From contig CAVPJS010000030.1 in assembly GCA_963705475.1 (NCBI GenBank), positions 147,684 to 211,683 on the forward strand: 64,000 nucleotides of DNA, read 5' to 3'. Positions 36,450 to 44,619 of the stretch are shown here, piece by piece (position 1 is the stretch's first letter; every line of letters begins with the position of its first letter). Both the position numbers and the translations under genes were made by a program. Source of the DNA: an uncultured delta proteobacterium (lineage in GTDB: Bacteria > Desulfobacterota > Desulfobacteria > Desulfobacterales > Desulfosarcinaceae). The notes beneath the pieces were generated by a model. That model was not told the DNA's origin. It searched no databases and saw nothing but the letters and a program-made list of their open reading frames with translations.

Positions 36450-37278
36450 TTACCAGCACTTTTCCGCTTTTGGGTAGCTCCCCAGCAGCTTGACAAACAG
36501 GGCGTGCAGGGTCAGTTCACCGATGGCCGATTTGACCTCGTCCGCGTCGATGCCCGGCTTCGAATGCCGCATAGAAAACATACTCCCATGGATTTTCCGG
36601 TATGGGCCGCGACTCCAGCTTGGTGAGGTTGAGGCTGTATTTTTGAAAAATCTTCAGACAGTCCACCAGGGCGCCGGGATAGTGGCGGGTTTTGAATGCC
36701 ACGGTGGTTTTGCCCGTTTTATGGCCAACCGGCACGTTCTCCTTGTTGGCAATGACGAAAAACCGGGTGGTGTTGGAGCTGTTGGTCTGAATGTCCCGCT
36801 CCAGGATCTCCATATCGTAAATCTCGGCGCACAGCGCCGAGGCGATGGCGGCACAGTCCAGGCGATCGCCGGCGGCCACGGCCTGGGCTGCACCGGCGGT
36901 ATCATAAGCGGGCACCATTTTAATGTTTTTCGATTTCAGGAACGCCTTGCACTGCTTGAGTGCGTGGGGGTGGGAAAGCGCCTCTTTGATCTCATCCAGG
37001 CGGGCGCCTTTTTTGGCCAGCAGGGTATGGCGGATGGGCAGATACACCTCGGCGATAACGAATATGTCATTGGCAAACAAAAGATCATAATTCTCTACCA
37101 CGGTGCCGGCGATGGAGTTTTCCACCGGAATGAATCCGTAGGTCGCCGCCCCGCTTTCCACCACATCGAACACGTCGTCGAAGGCATCGCAGCCGACAGT
37201 CTCCACCGCTTTTCCAAAATGTTCGTGGACGGCCATCTCACTGTAGGCGCCCCGGATTCCCTGAAATGCAACTTTCAT
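36450..37278 (-). pseudogene. Monofunctional prephenate dehydratase (PDT plus ACT), frame broken by one extra base in the GGG run at 36553-36555
   Basis: MKVAFQGIRGAYSEMA...ESRPIPENPWEYVFYAAFEAG, then an out-of-frame tail HRRGRGQIGHR*. The -1 frame continues as IDADEVKSAIGELTLHALFVKLLGSYPKAEKCW* (stop at 36452-36450), the expected ACT-domain end. 829 nt = 3n+1. Confidence 0.8.
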
Positions 37279-38006
37279 TGGCTGAGCCTTTCGTGTATGT
37301 CGGTCATGGCGTCGATAAACGCCTGGCGTTTTTGCTTGGCATAGGGGTTGTAGGTATGCATGTCCTCGAAAAGTTGCCATGTGTCGTGGCTGACCACCCC
37401 CAATATGTGCATGAGCCGCTTGTACCCCTCGGTGTCGATGTCCAGATCCCGGGCGCCGAAGGCCGACAGGGACCGGCCGATAAAATGGGTCAGGGAGAGG
37501 CTTACGGCAATCTTCTCGTCATGCTCCTGAGCCGAAGCCGTGATGACCACCAATCCCTGGCGCTCCAACCAGGTCCTGATTTTCTCATATCGACCACTCT
37601 CGATGCGATCCGGACAAAGGACGATTTTGCGGCCGGCCAGTGAGTTGGCCGCACTGTCCGGGCCGAACATGGGATGGGTGGGCAGGATGGAAACACTTGC
37701 CGGAAGCAGTTTGTGCATCCACTGCACCGGATAGACTTTTACCGAGCATACATCCACCACCAGGGCGTCTTCTCTGAGCAGCGGTGCCACGAGCCGCAGG
37801 GTGTCCTGCATGGCGGAAATGGGCATGCACAGGATCACGATCCCTTGACGGCAGGCCGATTCAAAGGCTACCGGCCGGGCGCCGCAGGCCCTGATGGCCT
37901 CATCCTTGTCGCTGCGGGTAAATACGGCGACGGAGAAATCTTTGGACAGGTACTGGGCGGCAAGCTTGCCGAAGCGACCGAAACCGATGATACCGATACT
38001 GCTCAT
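37275..38006 (-). CDS. tyrA: Prephenate (or arogenate) dehydrogenase
   Basis: IGIIGFGRFGKLAA NAD motif, THPMFGP, and ATGA overlap with the downstream PDT gene. Confidence 0.8.
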   Translation of the reverse strand: MSSIGIIGFGRFGKLAAQYLSKDFSVAVFTRSDKDEAIRACGARPVAFESACRQGIVILCMPISAMQDTLRLVAPLLREDALVVDVCSVKVYPVQWMHKLLPASVSILPTHPMFGPDSAANSLAGRKIVLCPDRIESGRYEKIRTWLERQGLVVITASAQEHDEKIAVSLSLTHFIGRSLSAFGARDLDIDTEGYKRLMHILGVVSHDTWQLFEDMHTYNPYAKQKRQAFIDAMTDIHERLSQ

Positions 38007-39133
38007 AGCGCCTCGCGAATTCGTTTGAAAGCCTCCAGCAACTGATCGCCTGGGGCGGCAAAACAGATGCGCACATGACCGTCCGTGCCGAAATCCTCAC
38101 CGGGTACGATGGCGACACCGGTTTTTTCCAGGATCCGGGTGGCGAACGCCCCCGACGTCTCCCCCCGCTGCAGGTGGCCGGAGATGTCCGGAAAGAGGTA
38201 AAAAGCACCCTGCGGACGGATGCAGGGGAACATGGCCGAAACCTGTTCGAAGGCCAGGTCCCGCTTGCGCTGCAGGTCGGACCGGCGCCGGACCAGCAGA
38301 CCCTCTTCCATTGCCAGGGCAGCCACGGCACCGTGCTGGGCAAAGGTGCAGACGTTACCGGTCAGATGGCTTTGGAGCCGCACCATGGCCGCCGCCACGT
38401 TTTTCGGGGCAACGGCATAACCTACGCGGAAACCGGTCATGGCATAGTGCTTGGAAAAACTGCGGGTGAGGATGAGGCGCGCTCGCACCGCTTCCAGGTC
38501 GTATAGAGAGAAATGCGGCAGGTCGTCGTATATGAAAAAATCATAGGCCTCGTCGGCAATCACAAATAGATCATGGTCGACAGCCAGGCGGGCGATCCGT
38601 TCCAGGGCCGGCCGGGGATAGACGGCGCCGGTGGGGTTATTGGGAGAATTGATCAGAATGGCCTTCGTTTTTGCGGTAACGGCGGCCGCCATGCCGTCGA
38701 GGTCCAACTGGTGGTCCTGGGTGCGCACGAAAACCGGGTCTCCGCCGGCCAGCTTCACCTGTTCGGCAAAGCTCACCCAACAGGGCACCGGAATGATGAC
38801 CTGGTCCCCGGGATCGCAGATGCACTGAAAGATGGTGTAAAGCGCCTGTTTGGACCCGTTGAAAACCACGATGTTTTCAGGATCGCAGCCATCAAACCGA
38901 TCGGCAAGGGCGGCTCTTAAGGCCATCAGACCGGCCATGTCCCCGTAGCGGGTCTCCTGGCAATCCAGGGCCCGCTTGGTGGCCTCGATCACCGGCGCCG
39001 GCGTATCGTCGGCCGGTTCGCCGATGGCCAGGCTGATCAACGGCCGCCCCTGCCGCTTCAATGCATCCAGCAGCGGAATAAACCGGGCCGTCTTGGAACC
39101 CTCGACCGTTTGAATTCGCTTAGACAGTTTCAA
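38003..39133 (-). CDS. Class I/II pyridoxal-phosphate aminotransferase (aspartate/aromatic type)
   Basis: 376 aa. LSKRIQTVEGSKT...ISLAIGEPADDTP...SFSKHYAMTGFRVGY (PLP Lys). TTG start, because TGA lies immediately upstream in frame. Confidence 0.85.
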   Translation of the reverse strand: MKLSKRIQTVEGSKTARFIPLLDALKRQGRPLISLAIGEPADDTPAPVIEATKRALDCQETRYGDMAGLMALRAALADRFDGCDPENIVVFNGSKQALYTIFQCICDPGDQVIIPVPCWVSFAEQVKLAGGDPVFVRTQDHQLDLDGMAAAVTAKTKAILINSPNNPTGAVYPRPALERIARLAVDHDLFVIADEAYDFFIYDDLPHFSLYDLEAVRARLILTRSFSKHYAMTGFRVGYAVAPKNVAAAMVRLQSHLTGNVCTFAQHGAVAALAMEEGLLVRRRSDLQRKRDLAFEQVSAMFPCIRPQGAFYLFPDISGHLQRGETSGAFATRILEKTGVAIVPGEDFGTDGHVRICFAAPGDQLLEAFKRIREAL

Positions 39134-39160
39134 TCAATAGATCTCCACTTCCCTATTGTG

Positions 39161-39194
39161 GGAATTCTAAATTTAGCTATTGTGATTTATTTGT
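39161..39194. repeat. AT-rich 34-nt motif, copy A (30/34 identical to 62757..62790)
   Basis: GGAATTCTAAATTTAGCTATTGTGATTTATTTGT versus GGAATTTTGAATTTGGCTATTGTGATTGATTTGT. Confidence 0.6.
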
Positions 39195-40297
39195 TAATTG
39201 ATTTTTGGTGGCTGTGGAATTTCTCTTGTTTTCTGCCGCAGGGCAAAATCCCCCAATACCAGCGCCGCCATGGCCTCAACAATGGGCACGGCCCTCGGAA
39301 CCACACAGGGGTCGTGGCGGCCTTTGGCCGCAAGGGTCACCGGGTTGCCGTCGAAATCCACCGTCTGCTGCGCAAGGCCGATGGTGGCAGGCGGCTTGAA
39401 CGCCACCCGAAAGAGAATCGGCTCACCGTTGGATATGCCGCCCTGAATTCCCCCGCTGTTATTGGTAACCGTCCCCAGACGTCCGTCGGCAGTTGTGAAG
39501 GGGTCGTTGTGGACCGATCCTTTGAGCCGGGTGCCGGCAAAGCCCGAGCCGATTTCAAACCCTTTGGTCGCAGGAATGGAGAGCATGGCCTGGGCCAATT
39601 TGGCCTCCAGCTTGTCGAATACCGGCTCGCCCCAGCCGGCGGGCACATGGCGGCAGACGCAGGTGACAATGCCGCCGACGCTGTCCTTGTCATCCTTGAC
39701 CCGGGCCACCAGTGCCTCCATCCGAGTGGCGGCAGCGCTGTCGGGACAACGGACCAGGTTGCCGTCAACGGCCTGACGGGTGATGGTATGCACATCCACA
39801 TCCATGGCCGAGATGTCGCTGACCGCACTGACCCAGGCGACAATTTCCACCCCGTAGGCTTCTTTGAGCATCTTTTCGGCCACCGCTCCGGCGGCCACCC
39901 GGCCGATGGTCTCCCGGGCACTGGACCGTCCGCCCCCTGAAGATGCGCGGATGCCGTATTTCATCTGGTAGGTAAAGTCCGCGTGGGAAGGCCGGGGAAT
40001 CCGGCTCATCTGGCGGTAGTCACCGGGCCGCTGATCCTTGTTGGGCACAAACAAACCGATGGGCGTCCCTAAGGTGACGCCGTTTTCCACACCGGAAAAG
40101 ATGGTCACCGGATCCGCCTCCTGACGGTCGGTGGTTAGCTTGCTCTGGCCCGGCCGACGCCGATCCAGCTGAGGCTGGATGTCGGCCTCGCCAAGCTGCA
40201 TGCCTGGCGGGCATCCATCCAGAACAGCGCCGACTCCCTTACAATGGGATTCGCCGAACGTGGAGACTTTTAAAAGCGTTCCAAACGTACTGGACAT
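39194..40297 (-). CDS. aroC: Chorismate synthase
   Basis: 367 aa. [19 protein letters not shown]...RRPGQS...[13 protein letters not shown]. Confidence 0.95.
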   Translation of the reverse strand: MSSTFGTLLKVSTFGESHCKGVGAVLDGCPPGMQLGEADIQPQLDRRRPGQSKLTTDRQEADPVTIFSGVENGVTLGTPIGLFVPNKDQRPGDYRQMSRIPRPSHADFTYQMKYGIRASSGGGRSSARETIGRVAAGAVAEKMLKEAYGVEIVAWVSAVSDISAMDVDVHTITRQAVDGNLVRCPDSAAATRMEALVARVKDDKDSVGGIVTCVCRHVPAGWGEPVFDKLEAKLAQAMLSIPATKGFEIGSGFAGTRLKGSVHNDPFTTADGRLGTVTNNSGGIQGGISNGEPILFRVAFKPPATIGLAQQTVDFDGNPVTLAAKGRHDPCVVPRAVPIVEAMAALVLGDFALRQKTREIPQPPKIN

Positions 40298-40362
40298 GGT
40301 GCCTGTTCCTGTTTAAGAGGTTGATTTCATGTTGAACCCAAAACCAGCGCCGTCGTCCACGG

Positions 40363-40914
40363 TCATCGGGCCGCTGGCCGGTGACCACTGGCCTCCTTCT
40401 GCAGTCCTATCGCATCTAAAATCCGTTCACATATGACGGCAACCGTTCTCCGGTCCGTAGCGATAATCCGGTCGGCCGCTTTTTCATAAAGCGGCCTTCT
40501 TTCCGCCAGCACCGCGGCGATCTCGGCAGTCAAGCCCTGACGGGTCAGCGATGGCCGGCTTTCAGATGTGGCCGAATCGCCGCGCATACGGGTCAGGATG
40601 GTCCTCTCGTCAGCGGTAAGCCAGACGATCCTGCCGGATTGCTTCATGGCGCTGACATTGCGTTCATCGAGAATGATGCCTCCACCGGTGGCCACCACCT
40701 GGCGGTGGCCGGTAGACACGGAAACCAACGCCTGTCGCTCCTGTTCCCGGAAAAACGGCCAGCCGTGGTCGGCCACCATCCGGGCGATGCTGACACCACC
40801 TGTATCGACCACCATCCGGTCGGTATCCACGAAGCGCCAGCCGAGCTGCTGCGCCAGGACTTCTCCCACGCTCGTCTTGCCCGTGCAGCGATATCCGATG
40901 AGAAACAGGTTCAT
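40363..40914 (-). CDS. aroK: Shikimate kinase
   Basis: Trimmed to MNLFLIGYRCTGKTSVG (P-loop). Confidence 0.9.
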   Translation of the reverse strand: MNLFLIGYRCTGKTSVGEVLAQQLGWRFVDTDRMVVDTGGVSIARMVADHGWPFFREQERQALVSVSTGHRQVVATGGGIILDERNVSAMKQSGRIVWLTADERTILTRMRGDSATSESRPSLTRQGLTAEIAAVLAERRPLYEKAADRIIATDRRTVAVICERILDAIGLQKEASGHRPAAR

Positions 40915-40922
40915 GGTGCGCG

Positions 40923-42185
40923 TCAGCATGCGTAAAGGGTCTCCCAGACCTCCCAGAAGTTGGGGAAGGATTTCTCCACGCAGCGCGGTTCTAAAATCCG
41001 CACGCCGGGGGCCACTAGCCCGGCCATGGCAAAACTCATGGCAATGCGGTGGTCATCGTGGGTTTCGATCGATGCGCCGTGGGGCACGCCTCCCGTCACC
41101 AAGAGACGGTCATTTTCAGCAACGGCGGCAATGCCCATCTTCTTCAATTCGGTGCAGGTGGCGTGGAGGCGGTCGCTCTCTTTGGCCTTGAGGTGAGCGA
41201 CATTTTCAATCACCGTCGTACCATCGGCAAATGCCGCTACCACCGCCAGGGTGGGCACCATATCGGGCATGTCGGCCATATCCACCGTAACGGCCCGGAG
41301 GTCGCCGCCGGTCACCGTAATGCCCGCTGATCCGCGGTCCACCCGGCAGCCCATCTGCTCTAAGACCCGGGCCAATCCGACATCCCCCTGGGTGGAATCA
41401 ACCGACACCCCGTTAACCGTGACGCTGCCGCCGGTGATGGCGGCCGCCCCCCAAAAGTATCCCGCCTGGGAGGCATCCGGCGCCACCGTATAGTCGCCGG
41501 CGCGATAGGCCTGGTCGCCACTTACATCGAAACGGGTGTATCCGTGGCGCTCAATCTGGATGCCGAACCGCTTTACAATTTCCACGGTCATGTCCACGTA
41601 CGGCCGGGACACCGGGCCGTGGGAAACCGTGATGAACATGCCCCGTGAGGTGCACGGCGCCATGAGCAGCAGGGATGAAAGAAACTGGCTGCTCACGCTG
41701 CAGTTGATGGCCACCGAACCGCCCGTCGCCTGACCGCCTGGTATCTCTACCGGCGGACAGCCATCGCCGTTCAAGGCCCGGGCACCGATGCCAAGGTCGT
41801 TCAGCGCCGTTAGAAGATGGGCAATCGGCCGATGGTACATGCGCGGGGTGCCCGTTAAGGTATAGGTCCCCTTTCCAAGGGCCGCCACACCGGCCAGCAG
41901 CCGCATGGAGGTGCCGGAGTTCCCCAGGTAAATGGGTTCCGGGCAGGCGTTGAAGGCACCATTCAAACCCTGAATTTCAATGCCGTGGTCGCGCTGTGCA
42001 ATCACCGCACCCATCTTTTCCAATGCGGCCAGGGTCAGCAGCGTATCCTGAGAGCGCAGCGGGTTGCGAACCACACAGCGCCCGTTGGAAAGCGCCGCCG
42101 CAATGAGCGTCCGGTGGGTGTAGCTCTTGGATCCTGGGACGCTCACCTGGCAATGACCGATGCGATGGGGTTTGATTTCAATCAT
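40923..42185 (-). CDS. aroA: 3-phosphoshikimate 1-carboxyvinyltransferase (EPSP synthase)
   Basis: Trimmed to MIEIKPHRIGHCQVSVPGSKSYTHR...LGNSGTSMRLL...DHRIAMSFA. Confidence 0.95.
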   Translation of the reverse strand: MIEIKPHRIGHCQVSVPGSKSYTHRTLIAAALSNGRCVVRNPLRSQDTLLTLAALEKMGAVIAQRDHGIEIQGLNGAFNACPEPIYLGNSGTSMRLLAGVAALGKGTYTLTGTPRMYHRPIAHLLTALNDLGIGARALNGDGCPPVEIPGGQATGGSVAINCSVSSQFLSSLLLMAPCTSRGMFITVSHGPVSRPYVDMTVEIVKRFGIQIERHGYTRFDVSGDQAYRAGDYTVAPDASQAGYFWGAAAITGGSVTVNGVSVDSTQGDVGLARVLEQMGCRVDRGSAGITVTGGDLRAVTVDMADMPDMVPTLAVVAAFADGTTVIENVAHLKAKESDRLHATCTELKKMGIAAVAENDRLLVTGGVPHGASIETHDDHRIAMSFAMAGLVAPGVRILEPRCVEKSFPNFWEVWETLYAC

Positions 42186-42192
42186 GACGCGC

Positions 42193-43047
42193 TTATTCCC
42201 TCTCACCGGCTCGGTTTGCCAAAACCTCGAGGACCGCTCTCTTCATTAGTTGAACCGGTGCCCGGTTACCGGTCCATCGCTCGAACTGGAAGGCGCCCTG
42301 ATGAACGAACATGGCGACGCCGTCCACCACCGTGCAGCCGGCATCCCGCGCCGCACTGAGCAGCCGGGTCTCCAGCGGATTATAGACAATATCCATCACC
42401 GTCATGCCGGGCCGCAGAGAGGCATGGGCAACCGGCATCTGATCCGGGTGCGGGACCATGCCCACAGAGGTGGCGTTGATCAGGATGTCGCAGCCGACAC
42501 CCGAAAAATCCACCAGCGGACAGAAGTCGCACTGCATTTCGCCGGCCAGGCGGCGCCCTTTGTCCTCGCTTCGGTTGACGATGGTCAGCTGTCCGCCATG
42601 TTCAACAATCCCATGCGCCAGGGCTCTGGCGGCACCACCGGCACCGATTACGGCCACCCGCCTGAGGGCAACCGGGGTTTTTTCCAGCAGGGCGGCCATG
42701 GCACCGGGACAGTCGGAATTGAAACCGCAAAGCCGACCCGCTTCGTTGACGATGGTGTTGACGGCGCCGATTCTCCGCGCCACAGGGTCTACGTGATCCA
42801 GCAGATCCATGACCGCGACCTTGTGGGGAATGGTCACACTGCAGCCGCGAATACCCAGCGCACGGATCCCGGCGACCGCTCCAGGCAGGTCCGTGACGTG
42901 CAAGGCCACGTAAACCCCGTTGTGGCCCGTCTGGCGAAAGGCCGCATTGTGCATGACCGGGCTGAGGCTGTGGCTGACAGGGTTTCCCATGACCGCGAAG
43001 AGCCGGGTGTTCGAATCGATGCACGGCACATCGGTTTTAGGAACCAT
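42193..43047 (-). CDS. aroE: Shikimate dehydrogenase
   Basis: LFAVMGNPVSHSLSPVMHNAAF...VIGAGGAARA... Confidence 0.9.
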   Translation of the reverse strand: MVPKTDVPCIDSNTRLFAVMGNPVSHSLSPVMHNAAFRQTGHNGVYVALHVTDLPGAVAGIRALGIRGCSVTIPHKVAVMDLLDHVDPVARRIGAVNTIVNEAGRLCGFNSDCPGAMAALLEKTPVALRRVAVIGAGGAARALAHGIVEHGGQLTIVNRSEDKGRRLAGEMQCDFCPLVDFSGVGCDILINATSVGMVPHPDQMPVAHASLRPGMTVMDIVYNPLETRLLSAARDAGCTVVDGVAMFVHQGAFQFERWTGNRAPVQLMKRAVLEVLANRAGERE

Positions 43048-43050
43048 GGC

Positions 43051-44163
43051 CTACACCCCGACACCAACCATGGGATAGGATCCCAGGTTTTTCAGATAGA
43101 GGGCCTGCGGCTGAATCAGCTCGATGGCCTTTTGGATGCTGCCGTCTTCGAGGTGCCCTTCCAGGTCGACGAAAAAGAAATGACTCCAACTCTCGTGTCG
43201 CGTGGGGCGGGACTCGATCTTGACCAGGTTGATGCCGGCTTCGGTGATGGGCGCCAGGGCGCCGGCCAGGGCACCGGGTACATGGGCCAGGGCGAACATC
43301 AGGGAGGTTTTGTCCCTGCCCGACGGCCGCACCCGCTCCTTCCCGATCACAAGGAAACGCGTGGGCGGACGGGAAAAATCCTCGATCTTGGAAGCCGCCG
43401 CTTCCAACCCGAAAATCGCCGCCGCACCGCCGCCGGCAATGGCTGCCACCCCCTGTTCCGCCGCCGCCCGCCCAACGGCGAAGGCGCTGGAACTGCACTC
43501 TTTCAATTCTGCGCCGGGAAGGTACTGGTTGAGCCAGATGCGGCATTGGTTCAAGGCCTGGGAGTGCGCGTAAACGACCTTGATCCCGCCCAGGCTGATC
43601 TCCTGGGCCAACAGATCATAGGAGACCTGCTGGTAGCGCTCGGCACAGATACACAGGTCCGATTCGAAAAAAAGATCCAGGGTGTGGCGCACCGAGCCCT
43701 CCACGGAATTTTCCACCGGCACCACCCCGTAGTCGCAGGCACCTTTTTCCACCTCGCTGAATATCTCCCGGATGCTGGGCTGGGGAACGTAGGTGACCGA
43801 GTAGCCGAAGTGGCTCGTGGCCGCCAGATGGGTGAACGTGGCCTCGGGGCCCAGGTAGGCCACCCGTTGGGAGGCCTGGATGGCGCGCGCGGCTGCAATG
43901 ATGTCGATGAATATGTGGTGCAGGACGTTGGGATTTAGGGGCCCCTTGTTCAGGTCGGTCAAACGCCTGAGAATTTCGCTTTCCCGTGTGCTGTCCACCA
44001 CCCGGTTGCCGCTGTTTTTTTTCAGATCCCCGATCCGCTTGGCCAGGTTGAGCCGGCGGTTGATCAACTCCAGGATGGTATCGTCGATCCTGTCGATCTG
44101 GTTACGGATATCGCAGATGTCGGCAGCCATCCTACAGTCCGGTGTGTTCTGACTTTTTTCCAT
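43051..44163 (-). CDS. pheA: Bifunctional chorismate mutase / prephenate dehydratase (P-protein)
   Basis: CM region IRNQIDRIDDTILELINRRLNLAKRIGDLK. PDT region VAYLGPEATFTH...VPVENSVEGSV. ACT region IESRPTRHESWSHFFFVDLEGH. Start assigned to the ATG at 44163. Confidence 0.9.
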   Translation of the reverse strand: MEKSQNTPDCRMAADICDIRNQIDRIDDTILELINRRLNLAKRIGDLKKNSGNRVVDSTRESEILRRLTDLNKGPLNPNVLHHIFIDIIAAARAIQASQRVAYLGPEATFTHLAATSHFGYSVTYVPQPSIREIFSEVEKGACDYGVVPVENSVEGSVRHTLDLFFESDLCICAERYQQVSYDLLAQEISLGGIKVVYAHSQALNQCRIWLNQYLPGAELKECSSSAFAVGRAAAEQGVAAIAGGGAAAIFGLEAAASKIEDFSRPPTRFLVIGKERVRPSGRDKTSLMFALAHVPGALAGALAPITEAGINLVKIESRPTRHESWSHFFFVDLEGHLEDGSIQKAIELIQPQALYLKNLGSYPMVGVGV

Positions 44164-44240
44164 GGTGTGAGCGGTCTCTTTCTTGGCTGCAGGCCTTGTC
44201 CACAAACAAAAGGCCGGGGAGATAGTCTCCACGGCCCGGA

Positions 44241-44273
44241 TAAAAAAACCGTGGGTTTCTGGTCTACCCACGG
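44241..44273 (-). terminator. Leader (attenuator) terminator upstream of pheA
   Basis: Minus strand: CCGTGGGT-agaccagaa-ACCCACGG followed by TTTTTTTA. It lies 77 nt upstream of the pheA ATG and 31 nt downstream of the leader-peptide stop. Confidence 0.7.
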
Positions 44274-44325
44274 CTTGGTTTGTCTGTTTGAAATCTCAGG
44301 ACACTCAGCGCGCAGCGGGCAGACC
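44261..44325 (-). promoter_or_regulatory. Proposed antiterminator pairing of the aromatic-operon leader
   Basis: GGUCUGCCCGC (leader codons G19-L20-P21-A22, 44325..44315) can pair with GUGGGUAGACC (44271..44261). The latter contains most of the terminator 5' arm. 11 bp including two G-U pairs. Confidence 0.5.
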
Positions 44326-44379
44326 CTCGCTAAAAAAGAAATAAAAGCAAAAAAATCTGCCATTGTAAACGCGGAGCAT
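44305..44379 (-). CDS. Phe/Tyr-rich leader peptide, 24 aa: MLRVYNGRFFCFYFFFSEGLPAAR
   Basis: ATG at 44379, 9 nt after AAAGGAA. Codons 9-16 are TTT TTT TGC TTT TAT TTC TTT TTT. TGA at 44307-44305. It lies between a sigma-70-like promoter and the terminator. Confidence 0.65.
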   Translation of the reverse strand: MLRVYNGRFFCFYFFFSEGLPAAR

Positions 44380-44413
44380 CGTGTTGATTCCTTTCAAACG
44401 CAAAAGATAGAAA

Positions 44414-44442
44414 AAAATACAAGCTTGCCTTTCCCCTGTCAA
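44414..44442 (-). promoter_or_regulatory. Sigma-70-type promoter candidate for the leader and aromatic operon
   Basis: Minus strand: TTGACA (44442-44437), 17-nt spacer, TATTTT (44419-44414). Confidence 0.5.
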
Positions 44443-44619
44443 GCTTTTTTCGGGAAAGGCGTTGCGTCTCGGAATGGCCGTCGACAGATGAGATGCGCCG
44501 TCCGACCACTAATGGCCATGGTCATGCCCGCTGTGCCATTATTTTGATATCGGCCCGTCCGATCACCTTGCGTGGGTAGGCGCGAACCTATCGCAATGGA
44601 GCGATTTTCCGAAGCCTTG

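Noticed and set aside
44064-44363. 99-aa ORF (MADFFAFISFLARV...) spanning the pheA leader and overlapping the pheA start.
   Set aside because: It has no RBS, reads through the terminator hairpin and overlaps pheA out of frame. The neighbouring frame gives a compact 24-codon Phe-rich ORF with an SD and a stop before the terminator, which fits attenuator architecture better. The alternative frame is also Phe-rich, so the choice of frame remains an inference.
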